Under the pieces are notes generated by a model that was not told the DNA's origin, did no database searches, and worked only from the letters and a program-made list of their open reading frames with translations. A stretch of 63,607 nt of DNA, filler included, from Candidatus Ancaeobacter aquaticus (GTDB lineage Bacteria > Auribacterota > Ancaeobacteria > Ancaeobacterales > Ancaeobacteraceae): NCBI GenBank assembly GCA_030765405.1. It is 7 parts of 7 records of this genome, joined end to end, with 100 filler letters (N's around TTAATTAATTAA, not from the genome) between each part and the next. Parts side by side here need not be neighbours in the genome. Positions count along the whole stretch, not along the records: positions 1 to 6,407 come from JAVCCP010000075.1; positions 6,508 to 21,135 come from JAVCCP010000062.1; 5 more parts are not named here. One strand, written 5' to 3'. Positions 1 to 8,190 of this stretch are shown piece by piece. The translations under genes were made by a program, and so were the position numbers. Every line of letters begins with the position of its first letter. Position 1 is the stretch's first letter.

Positions 1-261
1 CTAGGTCGTACCAATGAAGCTTATTCTCTCCGCAGGCAGTGTAAAGAAAACAGACATCCTGCCTATTCTCTTTACACTCCACTGCTGGGCTATTCCAATG
101 TAGTATTCTGCTGCTCCCTCCTTGTCCACGTGCTCATTCCTTCGGAATGAAACGAGGCAAGCAGTCGCAGTATTGTGTGGCACTAGGTCATGCCACGCCT
201 CGCCGAGGCTGGCTCGGCTTTTTTACCCCTTCTTTTTGTTTTGCTTTACCTTGGGTTTTTT

Positions 262-470
262 AGCGAGCGGCTTGATGAGTTTGTTTCCTGTAAGGAATAT
301 AATCTTATTAAGGTGCGAGCGAATTTATAAGGAGGCTATGCACAAATAATTTTTTCTTCCCACAGACTTCTGACTGGATTGTATAAGAAGATATTATTTG
401 TGAATAAATAAAGCCGACACACTCCTTATTGGATTTGATTTTATTGCAGGGTTGGACTATAATTTGGAAC
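262..470. repeat. Structured dispersed element, copy 1 (AGCGAG-GATGAG hairpin, long stem-loop, promoter)
   Basis: Aligns with 5691-5879 and 26742-26956; stem arms CACAAATAAT 341-350 / ATTATTTGTG 393-402; outer ATAAGGAG 327-334 / CTCCTTAT 422-429. Confidence 0.8.
435..463 (+). promoter_or_regulatory. Sigma70-type promoter, probably giving a near-leaderless transcript
   Basis: TTGATT-17 nt-TATAAT, ATG 7 nt downstream at 471, no Shine-Dalgarno. Confidence 0.65.
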
Positions 471-1943
471 ATGAAACGTTTACTTCTAAATATAATAATT
501 CTTTTTAGCCTTCTCTCTCCCCTATTTTCTACAAATGCATTCTCTGAAGAAATTACACCTTTGAGTAATCAAGAATACTTTACTGCTGTTCATAAATCTT
601 TCGCTGAAGCCAAAGACTCCATTTATGTTGTTATGTACTACATTAATTTCAAAAAAGACCAACCTAAGTCTACGGTCTCTATATTGGTTAATGACTTGGT
701 TAAAGCTAAAGAACGTGGTGTTGATGTTAAGGTTGTCCTCGATCAAACTATCGTTTTCAAAGGAAACAGGCTTCTTGGAAGAGATTATGAAAAGGCTGAA
801 AAAAATAGAAGGGCTTTTGATTATCTTAAAGCAAACGGTATTGATGTTTCTTTTGATAAGCTTGAGATATACACCCATGGTAAATGTATCCTTATTGATG
901 GAGAGATAGTCATTATTGGGAGTCATAACTGGACAAAGAATGCTTTAACAAGGAGCAATGAATATTCTGTACTTTTTAAATCAAAAGACGTCGCAAACGA
1001 TTTTCTGGATGATTTTAAAAAGATACAGATTGATCATGAGGCAAGCGCAAAGGTATCTCAAAAATATATCATTTTTAATACTGATATTATGCTTGCAGTA
1101 TTAAGTGATTTTGTTTCTCATTCAAATGATTATTTTTGGAACGTATACATGTATCTTGTGGGTCATTACAATCCAGGCAAAGAAATAAACTTTGATTACA
1201 AGAAAGTCGCTGAATATATTGGAATTTCCGACAGAATGTCGAAAAATAAATATAGAGAAATGCTTGGTTATCAAACGTTAAGGAATTTACAAAATAAATA
1301 TGGACTCCTCAAATATGCACCTGTAAGAGGGAAAAATGCTAAAGTTATATTAAAGCCATTTAATGATACTAAAAAGAAATATTTTGAGATTCCGGAGAAA
1401 TTCTGGGGAACGGGTTGGGATATGAGATTGTCACTTTCCGGAAGATACTGCTATTTTATAAATCTTATAGAAGGCGGACCTGAACACAAAATGTGGATGA
1501 TGAGCAAAAAGGCACTAGTCGAAAAGTATAAAGTTGGAAAAGAAGTTATTAGCAACGGAATGGCTGAACTTAGACACTGGAATTTGCTCGAAATCGAATA
1601 TGGCAATATAGATTCTGGTAAAGGATATAATAACAGATTACCAAATAGATATAGGTTAAAGAATTTATACAGTATTGAAAATTTCAGCAAGGAACTTGGA
1701 AAACTTTATGACAAGTATGGAAAAAACAAGGTTAAAGAGGCTCAAGAATACGCCAGGCTTGTCTTTTGCGAGAATAATCTAGTTGATGTAGAAGATATTA
1801 TTAAGATGATCGATGAATACGGAATTGATAAAGTGAACTACGCTTTCGATAGGATAAAAGATAGGTCAAAAGATAACCCGAAAAGAAGCATAGCTTATGT
1901 GAAGGGGATATTGCAGAGTATGGCAATGGAAACAGATAAATGA
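471..1943 (+). CDS. PLD (Nuc-like) domain protein with N-terminal signal/anchor and C-terminal winged-helix plus DnaD-like domains
   Basis: Hydrophobic N-terminus MKRLLLNIIILFSLL; single HKD motif HGKCILID...GSHNWT; C-terminal HTH-like segments and YAFDRIKDRSKDNPKRSIAYVKGIL; start moved from TTG 429 to ATG 471. Confidence 0.75.
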   Translation: MKRLLLNIIILFSLLSPLFSTNAFSEEITPLSNQEYFTAVHKSFAEAKDSIYVVMYYINFKKDQPKSTVSILVNDLVKAKERGVDVKVVLDQTIVFKGNRLLGRDYEKAEKNRRAFDYLKANGIDVSFDKLEIYTHGKCILIDGEIVIIGSHNWTKNALTRSNEYSVLFKSKDVANDFLDDFKKIQIDHEASAKVSQKYIIFNTDIMLAVLSDFVSHSNDYFWNVYMYLVGHYNPGKEINFDYKKVAEYIGISDRMSKNKYREMLGYQTLRNLQNKYGLLKYAPVRGKNAKVILKPFNDTKKKYFEIPEKFWGTGWDMRLSLSGRYCYFINLIEGGPEHKMWMMSKKALVEKYKVGKEVISNGMAELRHWNLLEIEYGNIDSGKGYNNRLPNRYRLKNLYSIENFSKELGKLYDKYGKNKVKEAQEYARLVFCENNLVDVEDIIKMIDEYGIDKVNYAFDRIKDRSKDNPKRSIAYVKGILQSMAMETDK

Positions 1944-1968
1944 ATAATCAAAAAATGGAAACCTAATT

Positions 1969-2484
1969 ATGTTCACTGGCAATCGCCTAACCAAAGTATT
2001 TAACTCATCAAAGGAAATTCCATTTGATGATTCGTCTAAATTTATTTTATTTAGTGATTGTCACCGAGGTGACAACAGTCTGGCAGATGACTTTGCTCAT
2101 AATCAAAATATCTTTTTTTATGCGTTGAACCACTACTATAACAACGGATTTTCCTACATTGAAATCGGAGATGGAGATGAGCTTTGGGAAAACAGAAGAT
2201 TTGCTACAATAAGAAGTGCCTATAACCATATATTTAAGTTAATGAGTAAATTTCATCAGGATAATAGATTTTATTTTATCTGGGGAAATCACAACAGGAA
2301 ATGGAAAAATCCTAAGAACGTTAAGAAACACCTTTACAGCTATTATAACGAGCGTAAAGATTGCTATGAACCGCTATTTGAAGGTATAGAAACACATGAA
2401 GGTTTAATACTTCAATATTCGGATACAAAAAATAAAATATTCCTGACACACGGACATCAGGGACAATTAATGAATAGGAAATGA
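1969..2484 (+). pseudogene. Calcineurin-like metallophosphoesterase, 3'-truncated
   Basis: Motifs SDCHRG, IGDGDEL, WGNHN, THGHQG; stops at the RAYT-end motif right after the GH motif. Confidence 0.75.
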
Positions 2485-2500
2485 ATAGGTGTGACCCCTT
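2470..2500 (+). repeat. RAYT-associated element end (ATGAATAGGAA-ATGAATAGGTGTGACCCCTT)
   Basis: Same doubled motif as 59866-59897 in reverse; copies at 2861, 58630, 60058, 62126. Confidence 0.75.
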
Positions 2501-2750
2501 CACCTTCACCTATATGTTGGCCAAGTGGTTAAAACTGCCGTACAGAGACGCCGCGCCATCAGCGCTTATTAGTGCGAGTAACCACTTCGAGGTTGCAATA
2601 GCTACTGCTGCAATGCTTTTCGGATTATCTTCAGGGGCGTCACTTGCGACTGTTGTTGGAGTATTGATTGAAGTACCGGTTATGCTTATGCTGGTCAGGG
2701 TATGTCTGAGAACGAGGAATGCATTTTCGGATACTGGTAACGTCACATAG
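2496..2750 (+). pseudogene. acr3: C-terminal fragment of ACR3-family arsenite efflux permease
   Basis: [38 protein letters not shown] is the ACR3 C-terminal signature; N-terminal part absent. Confidence 0.85.
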
Positions 2751-2860
2751 TTTTCCTATTTATTGTTTTTATCTGTTGTAGTAGAATCATGGGATGATAT
2801 ACTCTATTATGCGTAGTGTTGGTGCACATTTAATATTCCTTACAATACTTATTGCGTCTA

Positions 2861-2889
2861 TCTATGAATAGGTGTGTCCCCTTTATTTT
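2861..2889 (+). repeat. RAYT-associated element end
   Basis: TCTATGAATAGGTGTGTCCCCTTTATTTT, 28/29 identical to 60058-60086. Confidence 0.75.
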
Positions 2890-3194
2890 CGTAAAGACCC
2901 CTTTTTCACTCAGAGCTGTATCGTATAGGCGTTTATTTCTTAGAGATACCAGAGAGTAATAAAGGAATATTATCAAATTGCATCGAATTTCCAAAAGAAT
3001 CAGACTAAATGCATGCCGAGATCTGGTCATAACACAACTGCATAAAAGGAATATTTTGTTTAATTTCAATAATTTACAATATGTAATTATCAGGTTAGAT
3101 ACCCGAAGGTCATTAAATTCTCACCTAGAAAAAAATCAAGACCATTTATTAATAAAAATATCTATTTGTCGGACAATAAGATACGATGAGAATA

Positions 3195-3269
3195 GATCAT
3201 TTATGGCATGACGTAGGCGATAAAGCAATTGCTTGTGTTGCCGACGTATTAAAGAGTTCTTTGCGTTAA
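3195..3269 (+). pseudogene. GGDEF-domain remnant
   Basis: Translates DHLWHDVGDKAIACVADVLKSSLR*, resembling the D-x-x-GH-x-x-GD segment of diguanylate cyclases. Confidence 0.5.
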
Positions 3270-3354
3270 TGTATGATGAAAAACGAACACGGCATAAAGT
3301 AACAGTTGATGTTGACTATAAAGAGGTTAACAAAGTAGGAGTGGATCTTTAAAT

Positions 3355-5028
3355 ATGAAAAATATAATTTCAAAACGAACTGTTTTTAAAGGCGAACCTA
3401 TCGTAGGTGGATTTGCTGTTGGGTATGTTTTTTATTATCAGGATATTTTAACTCGTCACGTTGAGAAGAGAGATTTGAAAAAATGGCAGGTGGAAGGAGA
3501 AATTAAAAAGTTTCAACAGGCTAGTGATAAAGTTCACGGAGACCTCGGCAATTTAAAGTCAAAAGTTGCGAAAGAAATTGACCCGGAACATGCTGAGATT
3601 TTTACTGCCCACCAACTCATTTTAAAAGATGACGCACTGGTTGAGGATATTGAAAAAGGCCTGAAGGATCAGAAACTCAATGTTGAACACATTGTACAGG
3701 AAGTATTTGAAGATCGGAAGGATAAAATAAAAAGAAATAAGAACGATTTCATTCAAAAAAGGGCAATTGATGTCGTCGATGTTGGCAGGCGCCTCATGAG
3801 GGCTCTTACCGGGAGAACGAATAAAAACAGTGCTTTGAATCTTGCCGAGAATTCTGTTATTTTTGCGCAGAGGTTGCTTCCATCGGACACAGCATCTTTC
3901 AATATAAAAAATGTTAAAGCAATCGTTACGGTTGAAGGAACGCAAAATTCGCATTCTGCGATTCTCGCAAAGGCTTTGGATATCCCCTTTGTTTCCAAGA
4001 TAAATATCCCTACTGAATCCCTCCCCCATGGGACCCAAGTAATTATCGATGGAGATAAAGGATTGATCATTGTTAATCCAACTCCGGCTGAACTTAAATC
4101 CTACCCGGAAGTAATTCAAAAGAGAATAGATAACAGGCTCAAGGTTGTTCAGCATGTTAAAGATGTTCCGTTAGAAATAAGAGGAGAGTTAATTAAGGTG
4201 ACCGCTAATGTATCTTCTTTAAGTGATATTAAGATGGCAAGAGACTGTATGTCTGACGGAATCGGTCTTTATCGCACCGAGTCTCTTTATATGGACAGTC
4301 AAAACTTTCCTCGGGAGGAAAAGCTTTATGATCAGTTAGTCAAGGCCTTAAGTTGCGTGAACGATCAAGAGATTAATCTTCGTCTTCTGGACATTGGGGG
4401 AGATAAAACTCTGCCTTTTCTCAAAATTGTAGAAATTAAAGATCCGGCATTAGGTTTAAAAGGTGTAAGGTTGCTTTTAAAATATCCTAGTTTATTAGAA
4501 ATGCAGCTGAGGGTTTTTCTTCGATTGAGCGCAAAATTTAATGTCAAGATTTCGGTCCCCATGGTTTCTCTTCCATGGGAGATGACAGAGGTTAGGAACT
4601 ATCTTTCGAAAGAGAAAGAGAAGCTGCGCAAAGAGGGAATATCATTTAATGAAAATGTTTTTCTGGGAGCCATGATCGAAACGCCATCAGCACTTATGCT
4701 CATCGACGAATTTCTCAAAAACTCTGATTTCTTAAATATCGGCACCAATGATCTAGTGCAATATGTTATGGCCGCAGGCCGTGAGAAAATTGAAGTGATT
4801 GAGTATTATCAAGAGGGAAAGCATATTATTCTTAAACCCCTTGAAGAAGTTATCCGTAAAGCAAAAGAATTAGGCAAAGAATGCAGTCTGTGTGGAGAAT
4901 TAGCCGGGAATTTAAAATTTACCAATCTTCTTTTAGGTATTGGGTTAAGAAATTTTAGTGTTCAATCGACCTTAGTTCCCTATGTAAAACATAAGATTAT
5001 TCGTCTTGCAAGAAAGCCTTCCCGGTAA
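3355..5028 (+). CDS. ptsI: Phosphoenolpyruvate-protein phosphotransferase (PTS enzyme I)
   Basis: SHSAILAK phospho-His, GIGLYRTE, RLLDIGGDK, MIETPS, IGTNDLVQY, CGELA. Confidence 0.93.
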   Translation: MKNIISKRTVFKGEPIVGGFAVGYVFYYQDILTRHVEKRDLKKWQVEGEIKKFQQASDKVHGDLGNLKSKVAKEIDPEHAEIFTAHQLILKDDALVEDIEKGLKDQKLNVEHIVQEVFEDRKDKIKRNKNDFIQKRAIDVVDVGRRLMRALTGRTNKNSALNLAENSVIFAQRLLPSDTASFNIKNVKAIVTVEGTQNSHSAILAKALDIPFVSKINIPTESLPHGTQVIIDGDKGLIIVNPTPAELKSYPEVIQKRIDNRLKVVQHVKDVPLEIRGELIKVTANVSSLSDIKMARDCMSDGIGLYRTESLYMDSQNFPREEKLYDQLVKALSCVNDQEINLRLLDIGGDKTLPFLKIVEIKDPALGLKGVRLLLKYPSLLEMQLRVFLRLSAKFNVKISVPMVSLPWEMTEVRNYLSKEKEKLRKEGISFNENVFLGAMIETPSALMLIDEFLKNSDFLNIGTNDLVQYVMAAGREKIEVIEYYQEGKHIILKPLEEVIRKAKELGKECSLCGELAGNLKFTNLLLGIGLRNFSVQSTLVPYVKHKIIRLARKPSR

Positions 5029-5050
5029 ATGAAGTGCGCGAGGAATTAAT

Positions 5051-5230
5051 GAGTATTTTGAGGGGTAAATATTTTTACCCCGTAACTGAAGAAGACGATA
5101 GCTGCTATCCCTAGATAAACCTGTCTCTGTAGCTATGCAATAACAAAACCACGAATGATAAGACACACTAAGAAACCCCTCGACACCACCATGCTGACAT
5201 ATAACCCGATAATATCTTCTATAATCACTT
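5051..5230 (-). pseudogene. Degenerate partial duplicate of the small ORF at 5900-6268
   Basis: Nucleotide repeat of 5925-6118; both translate SDYRRYYR.ICQHGGVEGFLS...ATETGL...LQLRGKNIYPSKYS. Confidence 0.75.
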
Positions 5231-5396
5231 ATAAAGGAAAAAAGCTGGTACATTAAAATATACAGGAGAAGTTGGAGAAAGTTTTGCAGCAAGCAAATCC
5301 CAGCGAAGCTGGGACCGAAGTTTATAACTGGAAGGAATAATCTTCTGGCCAAGAATTTATTCCTGATGATTTTTTAATATTTGTTTTTATCACTAC

Positions 5397-5600
5397 TCAA
5401 TACTTCCCAACATCCTCCCTTAGCGGGACAGACTCGCTTATTCCTTCTCTGCCTGCTCCGGGACGCTTGGACAAATAAGCCAAAATATCATCTTGTTTCT
5501 GGGTAGTTTTCTGGACATCTTTTTGGGTAGTTTTAATGAATATATTTTCATTAATAGACCTGAAAACTTTCTCCGTACTTTCTCCGAAGCTTTCTGAACG
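5397..5600 (-). pseudogene. Remnant of C-terminal winged-HTH of an ATP-binding/Fic-type protein
   Basis: Frame reads KTTQKDVQKTTQKQDDILAYLSKRPGAGREGIS, like the TTQK-repeat/HTH tails of AlbA/HATPase_c_4 proteins. Confidence 0.45.
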
Positions 5601-5690
5601 ACCGCTTCTTCCTGTTTTTTCTCTCTCAAAGCTTTTCTATACGTCACAACAAAGTTTGGAACAATTCCCTCATAACTTGCTTTCGTGAAT

Positions 5691-5879
5691 GATGAGTTTG
5701 TACTATCTCATCAAGGAACGAGCGGATAATTTAAAAAGGAGGCTATTCATAAACAATTTGTTCTGTTATTAGAATTCTACATTGAGACTGAAAGAAGATA
5801 TTGTTTATGAATGAATAAAGCCGACATTCCTTATTGGGTTTTATTTTACGTCTAATGGAATACAGACTATAAGCATATG
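5691..5879. repeat. Structured dispersed element, copy 2 (first hairpin tip deleted)
   Basis: Arms CATAAACAAT 5748-5757 / ATTGTTTATG 5800-5809; near-identical to copy 3. Confidence 0.85.
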
Positions 5880-5899
5880 ACAAGTAGGTAGAACAGGAA

Positions 5900-6268
5900 C
5901 TATTTAAATAATTTTATGAACTTAGAGTATTTAGAGGGGTAAATATTTTTACCCCTCAACTGTAAAGGACGATAACTCCTGTCCCGAGTATCAAACTCCC
6001 ATAAACCTGTCTCCGTAGCTATACGATAACAAAACCATGGATGCCAGGGCGCACTGAGGAACCCCTCAACACCACCATGCTGACATATAAAACGATAATA
6101 TCTTCTATAATCACTCTTAATAGTACGTCTCCAATAATATATACCACCATCATCAGTAACATCCTTATACAAATACCTACCCCTATACCTAACATCTCTA
6201 GGAGCAATACCAAACATACCTACAAAACCCCAAAAGCAGAAACGTATAACAGTAAATATATATAACAT
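5900..6268 (-). CDS. Hypothetical 122-aa protein with N-terminal hydrophobic segment, phage-like
   Basis: AGGAG RBS 6 nt before ATG 6268; duplicated at 5051-5230 and as a short remnant near 26985-27046. Confidence 0.55.
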   Translation of the reverse strand: MLYIFTVIRFCFWGFVGMFGIAPRDVRYRGRYLYKDVTDDGGIYYWRRTIKSDYRRYYRFICQHGGVEGFLSAPWHPWFCYRIATETGLWEFDTRDRSYRPLQLRGKNIYPSKYSKFIKLFK

Positions 6269-6323
6269 AACGAACTCCTATCTCTGCGTGATAATGAATG
6301 CGCAGCCCTCAATAAGAAAACTG

Positions 6324-6407
6324 CTAACATTCACAAAAGGAACAATCTACACAGGAAACAAATATAAGACCATCTTCCTCGCGAAGGACAAGATCACAAC
6401 CACACTC
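6324..6407 (-). CDS. C-terminal part of small Cys-rich (Zn-binding-like) protein, cut by contig end
   Basis: ECGCDLVLREEDGLIFVSCVDCSFCEC*, directly upstream of the 122-aa ORF. Confidence 0.4.
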   Translation of the reverse strand, partial: ECGCDLVLREEDGLIFVSCVDCSFCEC

Positions 6408-6507
6408 NNNNNNNNNNNNNNNNNNNNNNNNNNNNNNNNNNNNNNNNNNNNTTAATTAATTAANNNNNNNNNNNNNNNNNNNNNNNNNNNNNNNNNNNNN
6501 NNNNNNN
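6408..6507. other. Artificial contig spacer
   Basis: 100 nt N-run with TTAATTAATTAA (stops in all six frames). Confidence 0.97.
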
Positions 6508-6676
6508 GAATCCTTATCTTAGGCTTCATAATAGCTGCCTCAAGGGTGATTTTACCTGATTTCTGGTAAGACCATGTCCCATTTACGAAGTGGGACATGG
6601 TCTTACTCGATTTATTTATAACGCTTGAGCAATTGTATTATAACAAATGGATTATATATTTCCTATTGAAACTTTA
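6508..6676 (-). mobile_element. End of a multicopy IS-like element (ORF MKPKIRI... runs into the gap)
   Basis: 169-bp near-identical to 21236-21404, both at contig starts; perfect 16-bp hairpin 6566-6606; ATG at 6529. Confidence 0.7.
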
Positions 6677-6710
6677 CCCCTATCCACCGCTTGTCAGCCG
6701 CATATATTTT

Positions 6711-7394
6711 CTATCCTGTATATCCACATACTCCCACGCGTGGAGAGTTAACAACAGGAAGGAGCATATCTTCGCCGCATTTGTGGCTGTTTGCACAGTC
6801 TTTACAAAGCCATCCCTCACCAGACCAGCTGCATGAAGCACAGACTTTCACAGCAGCTTTGCCGCAATTACTGCACGATATTAAAGGAGATTCGTTTCTA
6901 GCTAAAATTTGAATAGGTTTATCTTTTATTTCGCTCTCTTCTTCCGAAATGACCTTCAGCAAAAGATGTGTAGTTGACCCAAAATCATACTCATGACGAA
7001 ACTTCAGACCTGGACGGAGTACCATATCTAACTTAATGTTCATACTCCTGTCCTCATATTCCTCCATCGGGCTTGATGAGTATGTTTTTCCTTCAATTGT
7101 GAACATGCTTAAATGTCCGCAACATTCAAGCCAAATATCTCTAAGAAAAGCGTCTATATCTTCTAAGGTTGCGCTTGAGAATGCCTTGAGGTGCAGCCAA
7201 TAATCAGATTGATACTTTCCCTCAACTAAAATGTGAAGTTTCTTTGTTTTCTGCAGCTTTTGTGTATCTGTTTTTAAGTTATCTCTGTTTTTACCGCAAG
7301 ACCTAAGGTGTCTAGTCATTTCTTTTTTAGTAAAAACTCCTTTGCAAATATTGCATTTTCCATTTAACATCGGCTTCGCAATCTGGTTTTCCAT
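6711..7394 (-). CDS. pRiA4b ORF-3-like family protein with Cys-rich Zn-binding motifs
   Basis: LRDIWLECCGHLSMF, HEYDFGSTT, CxxC clusters; AAGGAG RBS supports ATG 7394. Confidence 0.8.
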   Translation of the reverse strand: MENQIAKPMLNGKCNICKGVFTKKEMTRHLRSCGKNRDNLKTDTQKLQKTKKLHILVEGKYQSDYWLHLKAFSSATLEDIDAFLRDIWLECCGHLSMFTIEGKTYSSSPMEEYEDRSMNIKLDMVLRPGLKFRHEYDFGSTTHLLLKVISEEESEIKDKPIQILARNESPLISCSNCGKAAVKVCASCSWSGEGWLCKDCANSHKCGEDMLLPVVNSPRVGVCGYTG

Positions 7395-7550
7395 GTTAAT
7401 ATCTCCTTCTTTTATTTTGTCAGTTAGATATGAAGTTATTATAACCTTCTTTTTAGGATTATAGCCCATGAAATCGGTTTTGTCATAAATTTAAATGGTA
7501 GCAGCTACCATTTAACTACCATTTAACACATTACATTTTCAAGACATGGA

Positions 7551-7585
7551 AAAAGCCCGCTTCATGGAAAATGAAACGGGCTTTT
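7551..7585 (-). terminator. Intrinsic terminator-like hairpin
   Basis: AAAAGCCCG...CGGGCTTTT downstream of 7621-8163. Confidence 0.6.
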
Positions 7586-7620
7586 AACCTTACGCATAAT
7601 AATAATAATAATTTTTATTA

Positions 7621-8163
7621 CTATTCTTCTTCACCTGTAATGATCTTACCGGTGTTATCTGCTGCGGTACCTGTTGACTCGCCAGCACCAACTGCCATAT
7701 TCCCGGTACTGTCACAGAAACCTTTAAGACATTCTCCTGTCGTTTTACCAGCTCCGACAAGAACTTCACCGGTTGTTCTTCCGACACCTTCTACAACAAT
7801 GCCAAACTCTCTTAAGAATCCGGTAAAAATATTACCCGCTGTTTCCCCAGCTCCTGTTACTGTATTTCCCGCACCACCAAGATTTCTATTCATGTCGGGT
7901 TCACTGTATCCGTCGCAACTTTGATTGTACGGTTTCATAAGCTCAGGTTTTTCGGTAGAGCTTACCGGTACCTCTTCAACGACATACATTGTCTCCTCAG
8001 TAACCGAACACGGTGTTTCCACGATTGTTTCTTCTACAAATGTTGACTCAGTTTGTTCAGGAGTCCACTCTGTTGTCGCCTGCTCATATCCTCCTGCACA
8101 TACCTGCTGCGCAAAGACAAGAATAAATGCAAGTATTGCAATACCACTAATACTATTTCTCAT
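7621..8163 (-). CDS. Secreted protein with acidic linker and Gly/Thr-rich amphipathic repeats
   Basis: Signal peptide ending VCA; C-terminal half paralogous to 8191-8592; GGAGG RBS. Confidence 0.8.
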   Translation of the reverse strand: MRNSISGIAILAFILVFAQQVCAGGYEQATTEWTPEQTESTFVEETIVETPCSVTEETMYVVEEVPVSSTEKPELMKPYNQSCDGYSEPDMNRNLGGAGNTVTGAGETAGNIFTGFLREFGIVVEGVGRTTGEVLVGAGKTTGECLKGFCDSTGNMAVGAGESTGTAADNTGKIITGEEE

Positions 8164-8190
8164 ATAAATTCCTCCTTACCTCATAAAATG

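Noticed and set aside
6250..6275. AGTTCGTTATGTTA resembling a collapsed dif site
   Set aside because: Lacks the XerC arm and 6-bp spacer; explained by the RBS and start codon of the ORF
6655..6676. ATTGAAAC resembling a CRISPR repeat end, present twice
   Set aside because: No repeat-spacer periodicity and no cas genes; it is part of a 169-bp contig-end repeat
7490..7530. AAATGGTAGC/GCTACCATTT palindrome with short tandem repeat upstream of the pRiA4b-like gene
   Set aside because: Single occurrence; could be an operator but no support beyond the palindrome
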